Below are positions 9,983 through 21,181 of a stretch of DNA of 64,000 nt, in pieces (position 1 is the first letter of the stretch; every line of letters starts with the position of its first letter). A program made the position numbers and the translations under genes. The notes below the pieces were generated by a model, which saw nothing but the letters and a program-made list of their open reading frames with translations, was not told the origin of the DNA and searched no databases. The stretch is from Craspedostauros australis (Eukaryota), in contig JALAGF010001309.1 in the NCBI GenBank assembly GCA_030167865.1, positions 1 through 64,000 on the forward strand, read 5' to 3'.

Positions 9983-11371
9983 ATGGCGATCACGAAGAGC
10001 ACGAACCGCGCAGACCCCAAGGAATTGTCGTTGGCAATCCTGTCGGCGCTGGGGGACTTGGGATTTCCAAAGGCCGTCGCGGCTCTCACGAAGGAGCTCA
10101 AGAAACGAGGAGAGGGAACCGACCCCAGCGTTCTCCATGGCAAGGAACTGCGGTTGATGCCCCGCGGGCCAAAGACAGCATCAAGCAAGGACGAAGATGC
10201 CCGTGCTGACAAGGATGACGACTCTTCGTCATCTTCGGATTCTTCGTCATCTTCGTCGGACTCAGATTCCGATTCGGAAGATGAAGAGGACACCAAGAAG
10301 CCTCCCACAAAGAGCAAAGCCGCGGTCGCCGTTGCAACGAAGAAGATGGAGACGGGTGATGATTCCTCTGACGACAGCTCATCTTCCGATTCATCTTCCG
10401 ATTCATCATCCGGCAGCGATGACGATTCTTCAGACGACGACGATGATGATGCTTCGGCTGCGGCGGCTGTTGAAGCCGAGACATCCAATAACAAATCCAA
10501 AGAGTCTGATTCATCATCATCAGATAGCGACAGTGACTCCTCCTCTGATGATAGTGATAGCGACAGTGACAGTGACAGCGACGACGACGACAACGATGAC
10601 GATGACAATGACGATGACGATGACAAGGCCGATGTCGAGACGGCCAAAGCATCGTCCAAAACAAAAAGCACCGATTCCGATTCCAGTGGCACCAGTGATT
10701 CCAGCGATTCGGAGGATGAGGATACGCCAGCAGTATCCAAACCAAAGCTTTCAGAATCGACCAAAGTGGCGTCCCCCGCAGACGACGGCGACGACGACAG
10801 CAGCAGCGTCAGCGATGTGAGCGATGTCGACGTCTCGGACGTATCCTCCGTATCTTCTGACGACTCGTCTTCTTCCGACGATTCCTCGTCGTCGTCATCT
10901 TCTGATGATTCATCTTCTTCGTCATCATCGGACGATTCCTCCGAAGACGAAGACGCGGTCCAAGAACGTCTCAAGGCCAAGCGCAAGGCTGCTGCCCTGA
11001 AGGCCAAACAGGCGGCCGAGGCAGCCTTGTCTTGGACGCCGAAAAAGATGAAGCTGTCCAACGACATCCAAGCAACGCGCGGCAGCGACGGCGCACAGGC
11101 TCTTTCCAAAGGCAAACCCTTCCAACGCGTCGATGACACTTACTGGGGAGAACAGGCCGTGAAGGATGGCGGCGCCATGGCGGATAACTCCTACGGAGGC
11201 GTGTTCGGAGAAGAAGGATTTGGCGCCAAATCGAGCCAGAAACTGCTGCAGGTGCGGGGCAAACGATTCCAGCATGAAAAGACCAAGCGCAAGCGCTCGT
11301 TCAATGGGCTGGCGCGGACGGGCGGTCGGATCTCGATGGAAAGCAATTCCACCAAGTACGAGGAATGGTAG
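9983..11371 (+). CDS. SRP40: SRP40/Nopp140 (NOLC1)-like nucleolar phosphoprotein, 462 aa
   Basis: Short LisH-like N-terminus, then Ser/Asp tracts alternating with Lys/Ala/Pro linkers. The C-terminal SRP40_C domain reads PFQRVD...DNSY...FGAKS.QKLLQVRGKRFQHEKTKRKR...GG.I....NS.KY. Confidence 0.9.
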   Translation: MAITKSTNRADPKELSLAILSALGDLGFPKAVAALTKELKKRGEGTDPSVLHGKELRLMPRGPKTASSKDEDARADKDDDSSSSSDSSSSSSDSDSDSEDEEDTKKPPTKSKAAVAVATKKMETGDDSSDDSSSSDSSSDSSSGSDDDSSDDDDDDASAAAAVEAETSNNKSKESDSSSSDSDSDSSSDDSDSDSDSDSDDDDNDDDDNDDDDDKADVETAKASSKTKSTDSDSSGTSDSSDSEDEDTPAVSKPKLSESTKVASPADDGDDDSSSVSDVSDVDVSDVSSVSSDDSSSSDDSSSSSSSDDSSSSSSSDDSSEDEDAVQERLKAKRKAAALKAKQAAEAALSWTPKKMKLSNDIQATRGSDGAQALSKGKPFQRVDDTYWGEQAVKDGGAMADNSYGGVFGEEGFGAKSSQKLLQVRGKRFQHEKTKRKRSFNGLARTGGRISMESNSTKYEEW

Positions 11372-11722
11372 AGTGAGTCGAGGAACTGGGTCTAATAAAT
11401 CCATACCAAAGGAGTGTTGGTGTACCAGTACGCTTGTGATGTTGACGATGCAAGTTCTGATCGTGCTCTCACTCGTTGTGACGACTTTTCGAATATCTGC
11501 AGTAACACTCATACGGTTCCGCATGTGCAAAGAGTATTCATTTTAGGAGAATGCTAGAGTTATGACGACATGCTCGGAAGCCATTTGTCCACAATTTCGT
11601 TGCTGTTTCTTGTCTCCTGGAGCGTACTAGTACTACTTGTATGTCCATCTGCACTCGTTGGATTCAGACCAATTCCTCTCTGGGAAGAGGGTTGGGCTTG
11701 ATCTAATTACTTGGATTTTGAA

Positions 11723-12073
11723 CTATTCTCCGCCCTTGTCATCACTGCTGCTGCTGCTGCTGCTAGTGGTGGTGACGTCGGTCTTGTCATCATTTTGATT
11801 GACATGAGACATGGCCCAGGCATGCAGATCTTGGACTGTGCCCCCTTGTCGTACGATGTCTATCGCATCCTTCCTGGCCGATAAGATCGAGTCCCAATAA
11901 TCACCTTCGGGGTCTTGTGGCATGAACACTCTCTCATTGAGGATCTTCTTGATTTCTTCATCAGTCACATTGGCGTTCCAGAACTCGACAGTTCTGAACA
12001 CGGAGTCATAGAGGGCCATGTCTGCTGACATTGGCTCCGCTGCGCTTGTGTTGGTCATCTTTGCCTTGACCAT
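11723..12073 (-). CDS. Small hypothetical protein (116 aa)
   Basis: ORF from ATG 12073 (MVKAKMTNT...) with protein-like composition and a Ser-rich tail. No family recognised. Confidence 0.5.
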   Translation of the reverse strand: MVKAKMTNTSAAEPMSADMALYDSVFRTVEFWNANVTDEEIKKILNERVFMPQDPEGDYWDSILSARKDAIDIVRQGGTVQDLHAWAMSHVNQNDDKTDVTTTSSSSSSSDDKGGE

Positions 12074-12673
12074 TCTGTCTTGGGTGGGTGTGTGTGTGTG
12101 AACTTCAATCGTCCATGCTCTATAATGCGTGTATTCTTGTAACTTCGGAGAAAGCGAGGTCTTGGTGTTTCGACCAGCCACTTGATGATGCTTGGTGCGG
12201 GTGCGCGCACGAGCGGAAGCAAAGTGATCGTGCCTTCCCTGCGATGCTGTGGTACAAACCTGCCCAATTCAACGCATCGATCTGAGGTTTTGGTTGCAAC
12301 TGTGTGCTCTTGATGATACTCACAGATCGATCTCGTACACGACCGCTAAAATTTCTCACACTCAACCACACGGCACAGAGAAGGAACGGATTCCGGTGTT
12401 GTGCATACCTACTCCAACCACCCTCTTCCAAGAGAGAAGTCGAACTTCCTTTCTCCTTCTTTGATTTCTGGAGAAACCCCTCTCTCTCCACTCGTGTGAG
12501 CACAACCTAAAATCCTTGTCTATCTATCCTGAATAGTTCTAACGTATGCGATGTCGACGAAGCGGACTCTCAGATGGCTTGGTTGTTTGCTACAAAGTAT
12601 TGGGCATTACACTATGGAATAGGCTACTCTTACCTCTATGATAAGCTGTGCAGTCATATGGCGCACTGAGCTC

Positions 12674-15487
12674 CTACGCCTCACCTGCGGAGCCAGCGCT
12701 GCTCTCCAATCCTGCGTCGTTGTGTGCGGTCGCTGCAATCTTATTATCAGTCTTGATGTTCGAAGTCTCCTTCCCAGATCCTGCTCCATCAGCAGCGTCG
12801 GGGTTGCCATGCTCTGCAGCAGAAGCAAATGGCTGCGGTCCAAACACTGACAACATGACCGGGAGCAGAATCAGCCCATGGGCCGAACCGAGCAGCACTG
12901 TCACCATGAACTGACGTGAAAGGACTTCGAAGACGTAAGATTGCGCGAAGAGCAACACGGCGACTGCAAGGAAGGTGGAGATGGCACCGTTCAGCACTGC
13001 TGTCCCGATATCCGTCAACGCGTCTGTGGCGCGCTTGTTCTTGTCGTCTCCCGGCTTGAGCATGAAGCAGTGGCCAATGTGAGCACTGTAGTCGACAGAC
13101 AGGCCGACGGCCAGGACGACGTTGATCACACTCACAGAGTCAATGACAACCCCCAAGGTGTACACGAAACCAAGGATCTCGATGATGCAGATTGCAACGT
13201 TGAAGGTGATGATCATGGCGGTGCGTGGGCTTGGGACAGTGAGAAGGATGATGACGGCCACGGCCAGAACGGCCAACCCAATGTTCACGAAGAACTCGCG
13301 TTGAATGACCTTGAAACTTTCGATGTTGATGAAGGAGCTGCTGTAGGCAGTCACGGGTGGAAGGTCGTCCCACTGGCTGATCATTTTGCGGGTTTCATCC
13401 ATGGCATCGATCTGCTTGGCGGCATCCTCGATCGTTTCACCATTGAAGCTCTTGGTAAGGCGGACGTACTCGATTCCGACCTTGTATGCTCTCAAACTGC
13501 CGTCATCGCTCAAGGAAATGTCCTGTGCGTAGAAGGCGCCTGGTCCAGAGATAGAGACGTATGCTTTGAGCACTGCAACGAAGTCATCTTCCGTCGTTGG
13601 CCAGTTGTCGCTGCCCAGCTCCACACTCTCGACGAGGGCATCGGCGGTGCCTGCATCAGCAAGGTAGCTGCTGAGTCCATCCATGACGTTCTTGTAGACC
13701 TCATCGGAAACTGGTTCGGCAATGTACGGTGGATCATTTGACAAACCAGAGAGACGGCTCTCCAAATTGGCAAGCTCCACACGAGACGCGTAGATGTCGG
13801 AGGAACCTTCAAAGAGGAGATCGGCTTCAATTCCTTGCGACGGAAAGTACTTGTCATTGGCATCGAAGTAGTTGTTCAAGTAGCTTCCTCGAGGAATGAA
13901 GTTGCGTTGGGAGTCTTCGACCGACAGGTTGAGAGCACCGTAGATTCCGTATCCCAAAAGTCCGGTGAAGAGGATGCCGACCACGACCTTTCCGATGGGA
14001 GACAGGATGGCAGGCGCATGGTACTTGCGAAAGTAAAGCGCGATGAGATCCTCCTGATACGTACCATCATCATCCATCTCTTTCGCGTCAGATCCGCGTG
14101 TGAGACAGCATATGCATTCGCGACGGTTGTCGCGCTGACGGCGTTCATCCAAGACGAGACACGCCGTGAAGAATGTGGATGCAAAGAACCAGAGGAAGAA
14201 GATGGTGACTGACGCGTATCCACAGAAGCTGGCCAATGCTGGCAATGCGGACGATGTGGAGATGGCGAAAGCGACAAGATCGGTTAGGGAAGTGACTGTG
14301 ATGGATGCACCAGCACGTCCCAGAGCCCTTGCTGTGCGCTTTGCCAGGTCTTCGTTGGTCTCGGATGTGCGTGGAGTCCTGCGTTCGCGGTCAAATGCGT
14401 TGACGATGACGAAAGCATCATCAACGCCGATGCCAAGAACGACGAACGGCAAGAGGTTGTGGATGGGACCGTAGAAGAGTCCAAAGATAGAAGAGAAACC
14501 GAATCCAGCAAGCGTGCTGAGAACGACGGTCATGACAGCCGCGAGCGCCATCGTCCAGCGGGATCCCATGCTACACATGATCTTGCCCATGTTGGCACCA
14601 AGGAAGAGGAAGGCGATGATGTAAGAGACTTGGATCAGAGCCAAGTCGCCCTCGATTGCATCTCCGAACTCGTCTGCGAAGCTTCTGGTGGCAAAGTAGA
14701 GAATTCTGATGCCGGCGGCGTCGCTCGCAGCATCGTCGGCGAGATCAAGAAAAACATTCTTCTCCCAGGCTTCGTTGATGGGATCAATGATTTTGGCATT
14801 CTTGTCGTAGGAGCGGTCTTGGAGGAAGTAGTTGACGGACAAGGCTTCTGCGGACACGATGTTGCCATCAGCATCAAAGGTGGGGTTGCCAAGAACTGCA
14901 GCCAAATCGTCTGTGGAACCGTAATTGGCGAGGGTGGCCAAGATGTCATCGTCATTTTCCAGGGTGTCAAGGTCGTAATCCCACTGACGGAAGATGCTGG
15001 ACATGAGGCATTGGCAGACACCGTCGTTGTTGGAGACGCAGGAACCGCCTGCGCGTGCGCAGACCTCGAAGAGATCGTACTTGTTGTCGTCACCCTCCTC
15101 GTGGATGGCGTCGCTATCTGCCACTGTGATGACCTTGTCGCGGATCATCTCGTGGAGCTTCATCACTTCGATGAGATTATCCTTGACAAGCACGTTGCCG
15201 CCTCCTCTGTTCTCCACAACCAGACGGTTGAGTCGGGAGGTCCCAGGGAAGTAGTTGTCGTAGACCTCCTCCTCCATCTCCGCGGTGGTGTCCTGCGGCA
15301 CGAAGAGCTTCTCACGGCGTCCTTCTTCCTCCCAAGTCAGGAAGCCGAAGACAGAGGCGGCTGCCAATATGATGCAGAGGATGATGGTTTTGCGTGGCGC
15401 ATGACCAACGAAGCCCCCCACGAAGTAGCAAGCACTCGCGATGGAGCTCTCGATGGCGTTGCCGCAGGACTCGATGGTGGATGGCAT
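12674..15487 (-). CDS. Patched/NPC1-family (RND superfamily) sterol-sensing-domain membrane protein, 937 aa
   Basis: Two repeats of 1 TM, a large luminal loop and 5 TM. SSD motifs LGIGVDDAFVIV and G.SITVTSLTD..AF are present, as is the second-half GLSVDYSAHIGH. Confidence 0.92.
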   Translation of the reverse strand: MPSTIESCGNAIESSIASACYFVGGFVGHAPRKTIILCIILAAASVFGFLTWEEEGRREKLFVPQDTTAEMEEEVYDNYFPGTSRLNRLVVENRGGGNVLVKDNLIEVMKLHEMIRDKVITVADSDAIHEEGDDNKYDLFEVCARAGGSCVSNNDGVCQCLMSSIFRQWDYDLDTLENDDDILATLANYGSTDDLAAVLGNPTFDADGNIVSAEALSVNYFLQDRSYDKNAKIIDPINEAWEKNVFLDLADDAASDAAGIRILYFATRSFADEFGDAIEGDLALIQVSYIIAFLFLGANMGKIMCSMGSRWTMALAAVMTVVLSTLAGFGFSSIFGLFYGPIHNLLPFVVLGIGVDDAFVIVNAFDRERRTPRTSETNEDLAKRTARALGRAGASITVTSLTDLVAFAISTSSALPALASFCGYASVTIFFLWFFASTFFTACLVLDERRQRDNRRECICCLTRGSDAKEMDDDGTYQEDLIALYFRKYHAPAILSPIGKVVVGILFTGLLGYGIYGALNLSVEDSQRNFIPRGSYLNNYFDANDKYFPSQGIEADLLFEGSSDIYASRVELANLESRLSGLSNDPPYIAEPVSDEVYKNVMDGLSSYLADAGTADALVESVELGSDNWPTTEDDFVAVLKAYVSISGPGAFYAQDISLSDDGSLRAYKVGIEYVRLTKSFNGETIEDAAKQIDAMDETRKMISQWDDLPPVTAYSSSFINIESFKVIQREFFVNIGLAVLAVAVIILLTVPSPRTAMIITFNVAICIIEILGFVYTLGVVIDSVSVINVVLAVGLSVDYSAHIGHCFMLKPGDDKNKRATDALTDIGTAVLNGAISTFLAVAVLLFAQSYVFEVLSRQFMVTVLLGSAHGLILLPVMLSVFGPQPFASAAEHGNPDAADGAGSGKETSNIKTDNKIAATAHNDAGLESSAGSAGEA

Positions 15488-18037
15488 GATCGACAGTCGA
15501 AGTTCGCACGTACGTACGGATGGGTGGGAAGATGGCGAAGGATGGGTTGGGAAGGAGTTGTTGGTGTCGTGTGTGGTTGGCTGGTTGGCTGGCTGGATGG
15601 TTATTGGTTGTGTTTCGACTGTGCAAGATGAGATCTGGACTGTTGTTCAGATTTGTTTTTATGAGAGGAGGAGGTGAGTTTGATGCATCTTCACTTTCGT
15701 CGAAGTATCGACGTCTGGCGCCGGCGTTGGCATCGGTGATGGCAATCGCGATTACGTTGACGTGAGATTGTACATTTGCAACGACCGCAACCGTGCCTCG
15801 CTACAAAAAGGAAGTGGCTAGAGTACCTATTGCCAGCACTGCGCATGCAAGCGAAGTGGCACAAGGCGAGGCTTTTGCGGTCGTGGGTGCCCTCCTCTCT
15901 CTCTCTTCTCCTCTTGTTTCTTTGGTGGTCTCACATGAAGCACATAAAGCCGTCTATCGTCGGCGCATGCGGGATGACTGTGATTGTTTCATTGGTAAAC
16001 GTAAAACCGCGAACTGATGACTCATGCACCAATGGCCACGGGAACGAACACGGACACGAAGCTCAGTCGCTCGTGTTTCACCAATCCATTCCTCTTCTGC
16101 AGTATAGTTGAGTACGAGTGCCCGTAGGGTGTCATAACTTGTTGAGCAGAGCACAGCGAAAGTCTTGTCCGTCTTCTTGCGCTCACATCCTGGATATCTT
16201 TAGAGGCGCCTTGGGAACAAAACGGCAAGTCTCCACGAATGAGATCTGAAGTAGTCATGTTCTTGTAGCTTCCGATGATATGGAGCGGCTCAATGTTCCG
16301 TACTTTCCTGGTGAGTATCTCCAGTCATCGCGCTCGCCATGAACTCAAGAAGATGCGTCAGTCCAGGGCAGGCGAAATGATCGAAGTTCCGAGAACAAAA
16401 TGTGCTCCAACTTTTCCAGGTTCTTCCTTCATGGTTGGATTCGTTCATCGCAGCAAACGCAGAGGCAATTCGTCTTGTACGGTTATTGCGTGGAAGGTAC
16501 AACCGCGAAAATCCAATTTTCCACTTGGTGATGTGGGATGACACAACTTTCAACGCCTCGCGCAGATCGTGGTGAAGCGCACCAAAGTATGTCCTCAACA
16601 AACACATCTGCAGTTGTGGTGTGGCGTCGTTGGTGTATGTGCCTCGGTACCCACACTTTGTACTATTCCCTACTCGTACTCCGCATACTCGTACTCGTCA
16701 TCATTCATGGTGACTGCTGAGAAGGTTTGTGCATACAGTGCGTGTTCTGGAGATGATTCTGTCTGAATGCAGCTATGCACGTATGGCTGTGTGTACTTGT
16801 GTGTCTGCAGAGAAGACTGTCTGTCTATTTGGATACGTATTTGTATACGGACACGTACTGGAACTCGTACGTGCTCCCCGTAGCGTGTATGTCTGTCCAT
16901 TTCGCCTCTCTTGCACACATTATCTATCATTATTTTCGCATGTCCTACTGTACGTGTATGCGCTAGTTGCGAGGTTGCCATGCTCTGGAACAACTTCGCT
17001 TCCTCATCATGTCATCCGACGGTGCAAATGCATTGGACGCTGACAATGGGTCTTACTTCCTCAACAAATGCATCCAGAGGGCAGAGGAATGAGCAGTATT
17101 CCTTACCGCAGGCATGATGTTGTCGATGCTCGAGTCGACAACCACCAAGGTGAAGAACCTCAACGAGGAGCTTCGCGCACGTTGTGATTTGAGATGCTTG
17201 GTACCAATAAAGTGGATCTGACGGATAACAATTTCTCCTCGATGTCTGTCCTTGCGTTCTTTGGCTATTCCAAAGGCTACTCAACACTGGGAAGAGAGAC
17301 ATCTCCGCATGTGGCAATAACAACATCCTGTTGTGTCCATACAATCATAGTGTAGATATATTTTGGTACATTGGTCTGCATTAATCGTCGAAACGATATC
17401 ACGATGGTGCACGGTCGTCGAACTGAACATATCTAGATTCTAGGCTGTATAGTCGAATACAGTAGTCGGAGATGTTGGTGATTGAATCGGATCCATTTTT
17501 GTTCGTGTTTGTGTTGGAGTCGTGGTTGGAAGCGAACGGAAAGCCATTCCTCAAAACACGGTGCCAACACCCACACTTGCACTCGCGTCACACGAACGAC
17601 GGCAACAACAGCTTGTGTTGATGTCACGCATCCTGACAGGCAAGAGGGACGTCTTCGATACCGTCCAGTACGATCTAATAACACACTTCGACATCATAGC
17701 TCGCCGCTGCACGCCAGATTATTAGTACAGTATTATACGAGTAACTCGTATGTACGCCATTGCACGCTCGAAGGTGCACGTGGATGGCACTCGTTGCGAT
17801 ACCTCTGCTGTGTTCGTCGTTCGAAGATCCGTGGGTGCGACCACAGCTCCGATTACAGCATAACGCACCTCCCTCGAGTATTCGGGTACGGAACAAATCA
17901 TAGGGTAGGAATACACACTCTCGTACGTGGAACAATACAACACAAAACAGTTCAATACAATCCAATTCAATACAATACGATTGGAGTATTTGCAAGAGGG
18001 AAAGGACAACCTGGCACGATCACCGGCACAACAGACG

Positions 18038-20242
18038 ATGCCACCATCGGCGGCTTCCAGGGGCATGGGAAGGACGAAGCAGAACGAGGGCGGTGACAGT
18101 ACCACTGATGCTCATGTAGGTGGACGGTCATTCTTCGCCTTCAAATCCACGCATGTGGTGAGGATCGTCCTCTTCTTATGCATCATCGCCCTCTCATCAC
18201 AATTCTGGGTTCTGCTCAGCGATGACAAGAGCTACTTATTCGGCAATGAAGACACATCGGAGAAACAGGACACGCCGGAAATCGATTGGTCCCTGCAACC
18301 AAAGCCAGCGTTTGGGAGCAAGAGCTATGGACCTGCGCCAGCCACGGTAGATGGAAACCAACAGACAACGATCGCCCGGTATGTCATGGAAGATCGCACT
18401 CTGGATTCGTCCAACGCAAGTATGCACGCTGTCGGTTCTCGGAACAATGCAACCAAAGCCAGTGGTTGGGAGCAACCTTGGTATCATACGAGGCACCAGC
18501 CACCCCCGCCCTCCGTGCGAGTTGCAAACGGTGGCGAGGATTATCGGACTCACAGAAATCCAACCAACGCGAAATCAGCATCCGCCACCAGTCGCTTGAC
18601 TTCCTTTCTACAAAATCTGTTCAAATGGCCGAGCAAGACACGGCAGCAGAAAGGAAACGAAAATCAGCAGCAGCAGCAGCAGCAACAACAACAACAACAG
18701 AGCGAATCTGCCAGAAATGGCACGAAGCCTCTCAACATTCTCTTCCTCTACGGAGACGATTGGAGACACGATACGTTGGGCATTGCCAATCCTATCCTGC
18801 AAACTCCTGAACTCGACGAACTCGCGAGGCAGGGTGTGCGATTCACCCACAACTGCGTCACGACCTCCATTTGTTGGGTCTCCCGTGCCACCCTGTTTTC
18901 TGGACAGTACATGACCCGCCACAACACCACGAAGCCAATCCAATACTCCCAACCAGAGAACGAGACCATCTGGGCGCTGCTGCAGAATGAAGCGGGCTAC
19001 TACACCGGCCACGTCGGCAAGCTGGGGATCTGGAAGCAAAAATTTTTGAGGCCGTACATCAAGAGGATGTACCCGCCGGAAGAAAATTGGCACTTCCGAA
19101 AGGTGGGCACCAAGCTGTGGCACGTCACGGAATTCAATGAGTACCAGGCTCTCAGATTCTTGGACGAGCGGCCGCGGGACAGGCCGTTCTTCTTGCATGT
19201 TGGGTTTTACGCTACGCATGCATTGGACGGCGACCCGGAGCAGTACCTACCGCAAAACAAAAGCCGGACCATGTACTACACCAACGACACTATCCCGTAT
19301 CCCATCACAGGTACGCTGCAGTCGCGCAAGAAATTGCCGCCCTTCATCACGGAGCTCAATGAGGGTCGGCAGCGCTGGAAGAGGCGGTTCAACCAATCTC
19401 GCATGATGAGGAATGGAGAGAATCAGTACCAGTACATGATGAAGAACATTTACCGGATGGCAACGGAGGTCTCGACCACCAGCGGCAGGCTGATCAAGAA
19501 GATCGAGGAGCAGGGCGACCTGGACAACACGCTGATCATCTTCACGACCGACAATGGGTATTTCCATGGCGAACATCAGCTCGCCGACAAATGGTACCCT
19601 CACGAAGAGAGCGTCCGCGTTCCCCTGATCATCCGTGATCCCAGGATGGATCCCAAGTACAAAGGCACGACGAACGACGATTTCACTTTGAACGTGGACC
19701 TGGCACCCACGTTGCTTGGTGCGGCGGGTCTGCAGGCTGTGCCGGGCATGATGGGCCGGGACATGTCTGTCTTGTACCGCGACGATGCGACAGTGCCGTC
19801 GGGAGTCGCACAGCAGCATGACGACACAACTACGGGCGAACAACAATCGGCGCAGTCCCATCCACAGCAGCAGCAGCAGCAGCAGCAGCAAGCGCGACAA
19901 GATCCTCCATTGCAACGCAGACACCCGCTCAACGTCAATCCCAACGCGCACCTTTCCGCGAAGCAGTACCCATGGCGAGAGGAATTCTTCTATGAACACC
20001 CAGTCCTTGGCCACAAGGCGTATATCCCCTCGTCCGAGGCGTTGGTGCGCAAGGACTGGAAGTACATGTACTGGCCGGACTACGATCGCGAGCAGCTGTT
20101 CGATCTGCGGATGGACCCCATCGAGGACAACGATCGCATCCAAGATCCGGACCCTTACGTGCGTGGCATCCTGTCGGAGATGAGGCATCGGTTCCAGGAG
20201 CTGCGGGGATGGGTGCATTCCAATGCGACGGTAACACTTTGA
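18038..20242 (+). CDS. Formylglycine-dependent (S1) sulfatase with an N-terminal membrane anchor
   Basis: PLNILFLYGDD metal ligands, signature CWVSRATLFSG, GY.TG.VGK, NTLIIFTTDNG, GEH.L.DK, ES.RVPLII, NVDLAPT.L and EQLFDL..DP.E. A single hydrophobic segment (IVLFLCIIALSSQFWVLL) lies near the N-terminus. The first in-frame ATG is at 18038. Confidence 0.92.
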   Translation: MPPSAASRGMGRTKQNEGGDSTTDAHVGGRSFFAFKSTHVVRIVLFLCIIALSSQFWVLLSDDKSYLFGNEDTSEKQDTPEIDWSLQPKPAFGSKSYGPAPATVDGNQQTTIARYVMEDRTLDSSNASMHAVGSRNNATKASGWEQPWYHTRHQPPPPSVRVANGGEDYRTHRNPTNAKSASATSRLTSFLQNLFKWPSKTRQQKGNENQQQQQQQQQQQQSESARNGTKPLNILFLYGDDWRHDTLGIANPILQTPELDELARQGVRFTHNCVTTSICWVSRATLFSGQYMTRHNTTKPIQYSQPENETIWALLQNEAGYYTGHVGKLGIWKQKFLRPYIKRMYPPEENWHFRKVGTKLWHVTEFNEYQALRFLDERPRDRPFFLHVGFYATHALDGDPEQYLPQNKSRTMYYTNDTIPYPITGTLQSRKKLPPFITELNEGRQRWKRRFNQSRMMRNGENQYQYMMKNIYRMATEVSTTSGRLIKKIEEQGDLDNTLIIFTTDNGYFHGEHQLADKWYPHEESVRVPLIIRDPRMDPKYKGTTNDDFTLNVDLAPTLLGAAGLQAVPGMMGRDMSVLYRDDATVPSGVAQQHDDTTTGEQQSAQSHPQQQQQQQQQARQDPPLQRRHPLNVNPNAHLSAKQYPWREEFFYEHPVLGHKAYIPSSEALVRKDWKYMYWPDYDREQLFDLRMDPIEDNDRIQDPDPYVRGILSEMRHRFQELRGWVHSNATVTL

Positions 20243-21181
20243 GTTAATCATCAAATTGAATATAGTACTCTCGTAGAGTATTACGAGTGATGCTACTAGA
20301 GGACGTGATAGACAAATGCAGTCAAAGCAATATCGTTCTGGAGTAACACGCACACGAGTATCAACAGGAAGCAGCTCGTATTGCAAACACGATTCGGTCT
20401 GCTCATTGTCGGATACTCTAATATTCTTTGTGTGCTGACGCAGTAGCGTACACATCCATTTAGATTAGGAGTAGATATTCTCTAGTGTTTTTATGCCACA
20501 TCGTCATCGATGATGATGTTCGCCGCACAAGACTTGCGAATTTGGAAAGATCAAGAACATGACGAAAACGCACCATCGATGACACATCAACAGAGCCATC
20601 CGAACACGATCCTCTCTTGCGTTCTCGTCCGCGGCGAAATGACCAAACCGAACAGTAACGGTACACACGCAAAACAAGAATCCACAACAAACGAACAAAC
20701 GAAGGAAAGTGTTCGCCACGTGTGCGCCACCAACATCGTCGTCGTCGTCGCCGCTGCTGTGACCAACAACACTGACAGGGTTGAGCACGAGCAACAAAAA
20801 GAAGAGAGAGGCGAAGATTCCCACATCATCCTCATCATCATTATCATTATCATTTTCATTTTCATGATCATCAGCATCAACTGCCATTGCCATTGCCACC
20901 ATCGCCACAACAACAGTCGTCTCCATCCGAGATTAGAAGCGACAACCAGAACAGTTGGCAACCAAAGCATCAGAGGAAACGAACTGTATCGGTCATTCGG
21001 AAGAGCTTGCTCGGAACAAAATCTGACGCAATCTGACGCAATCCATCAATTGCTGCCTCAGTGCTTCCTGCCACCAACTCCCGCCTCATCTGAACCCATC
21101 TCGCTCCGATCCAGCTCAGCTCAAGCCAGTCCATAGACTTGCACCCTAGAGACTACTCCGCTGCACCTCATCACATCAATC

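Noticed and set aside
9127-11139. 670-aa Ser-rich minus-strand ORF
   Set aside because: Antisense shadow of the low-complexity SRP40 gene plus the CT microsatellite.
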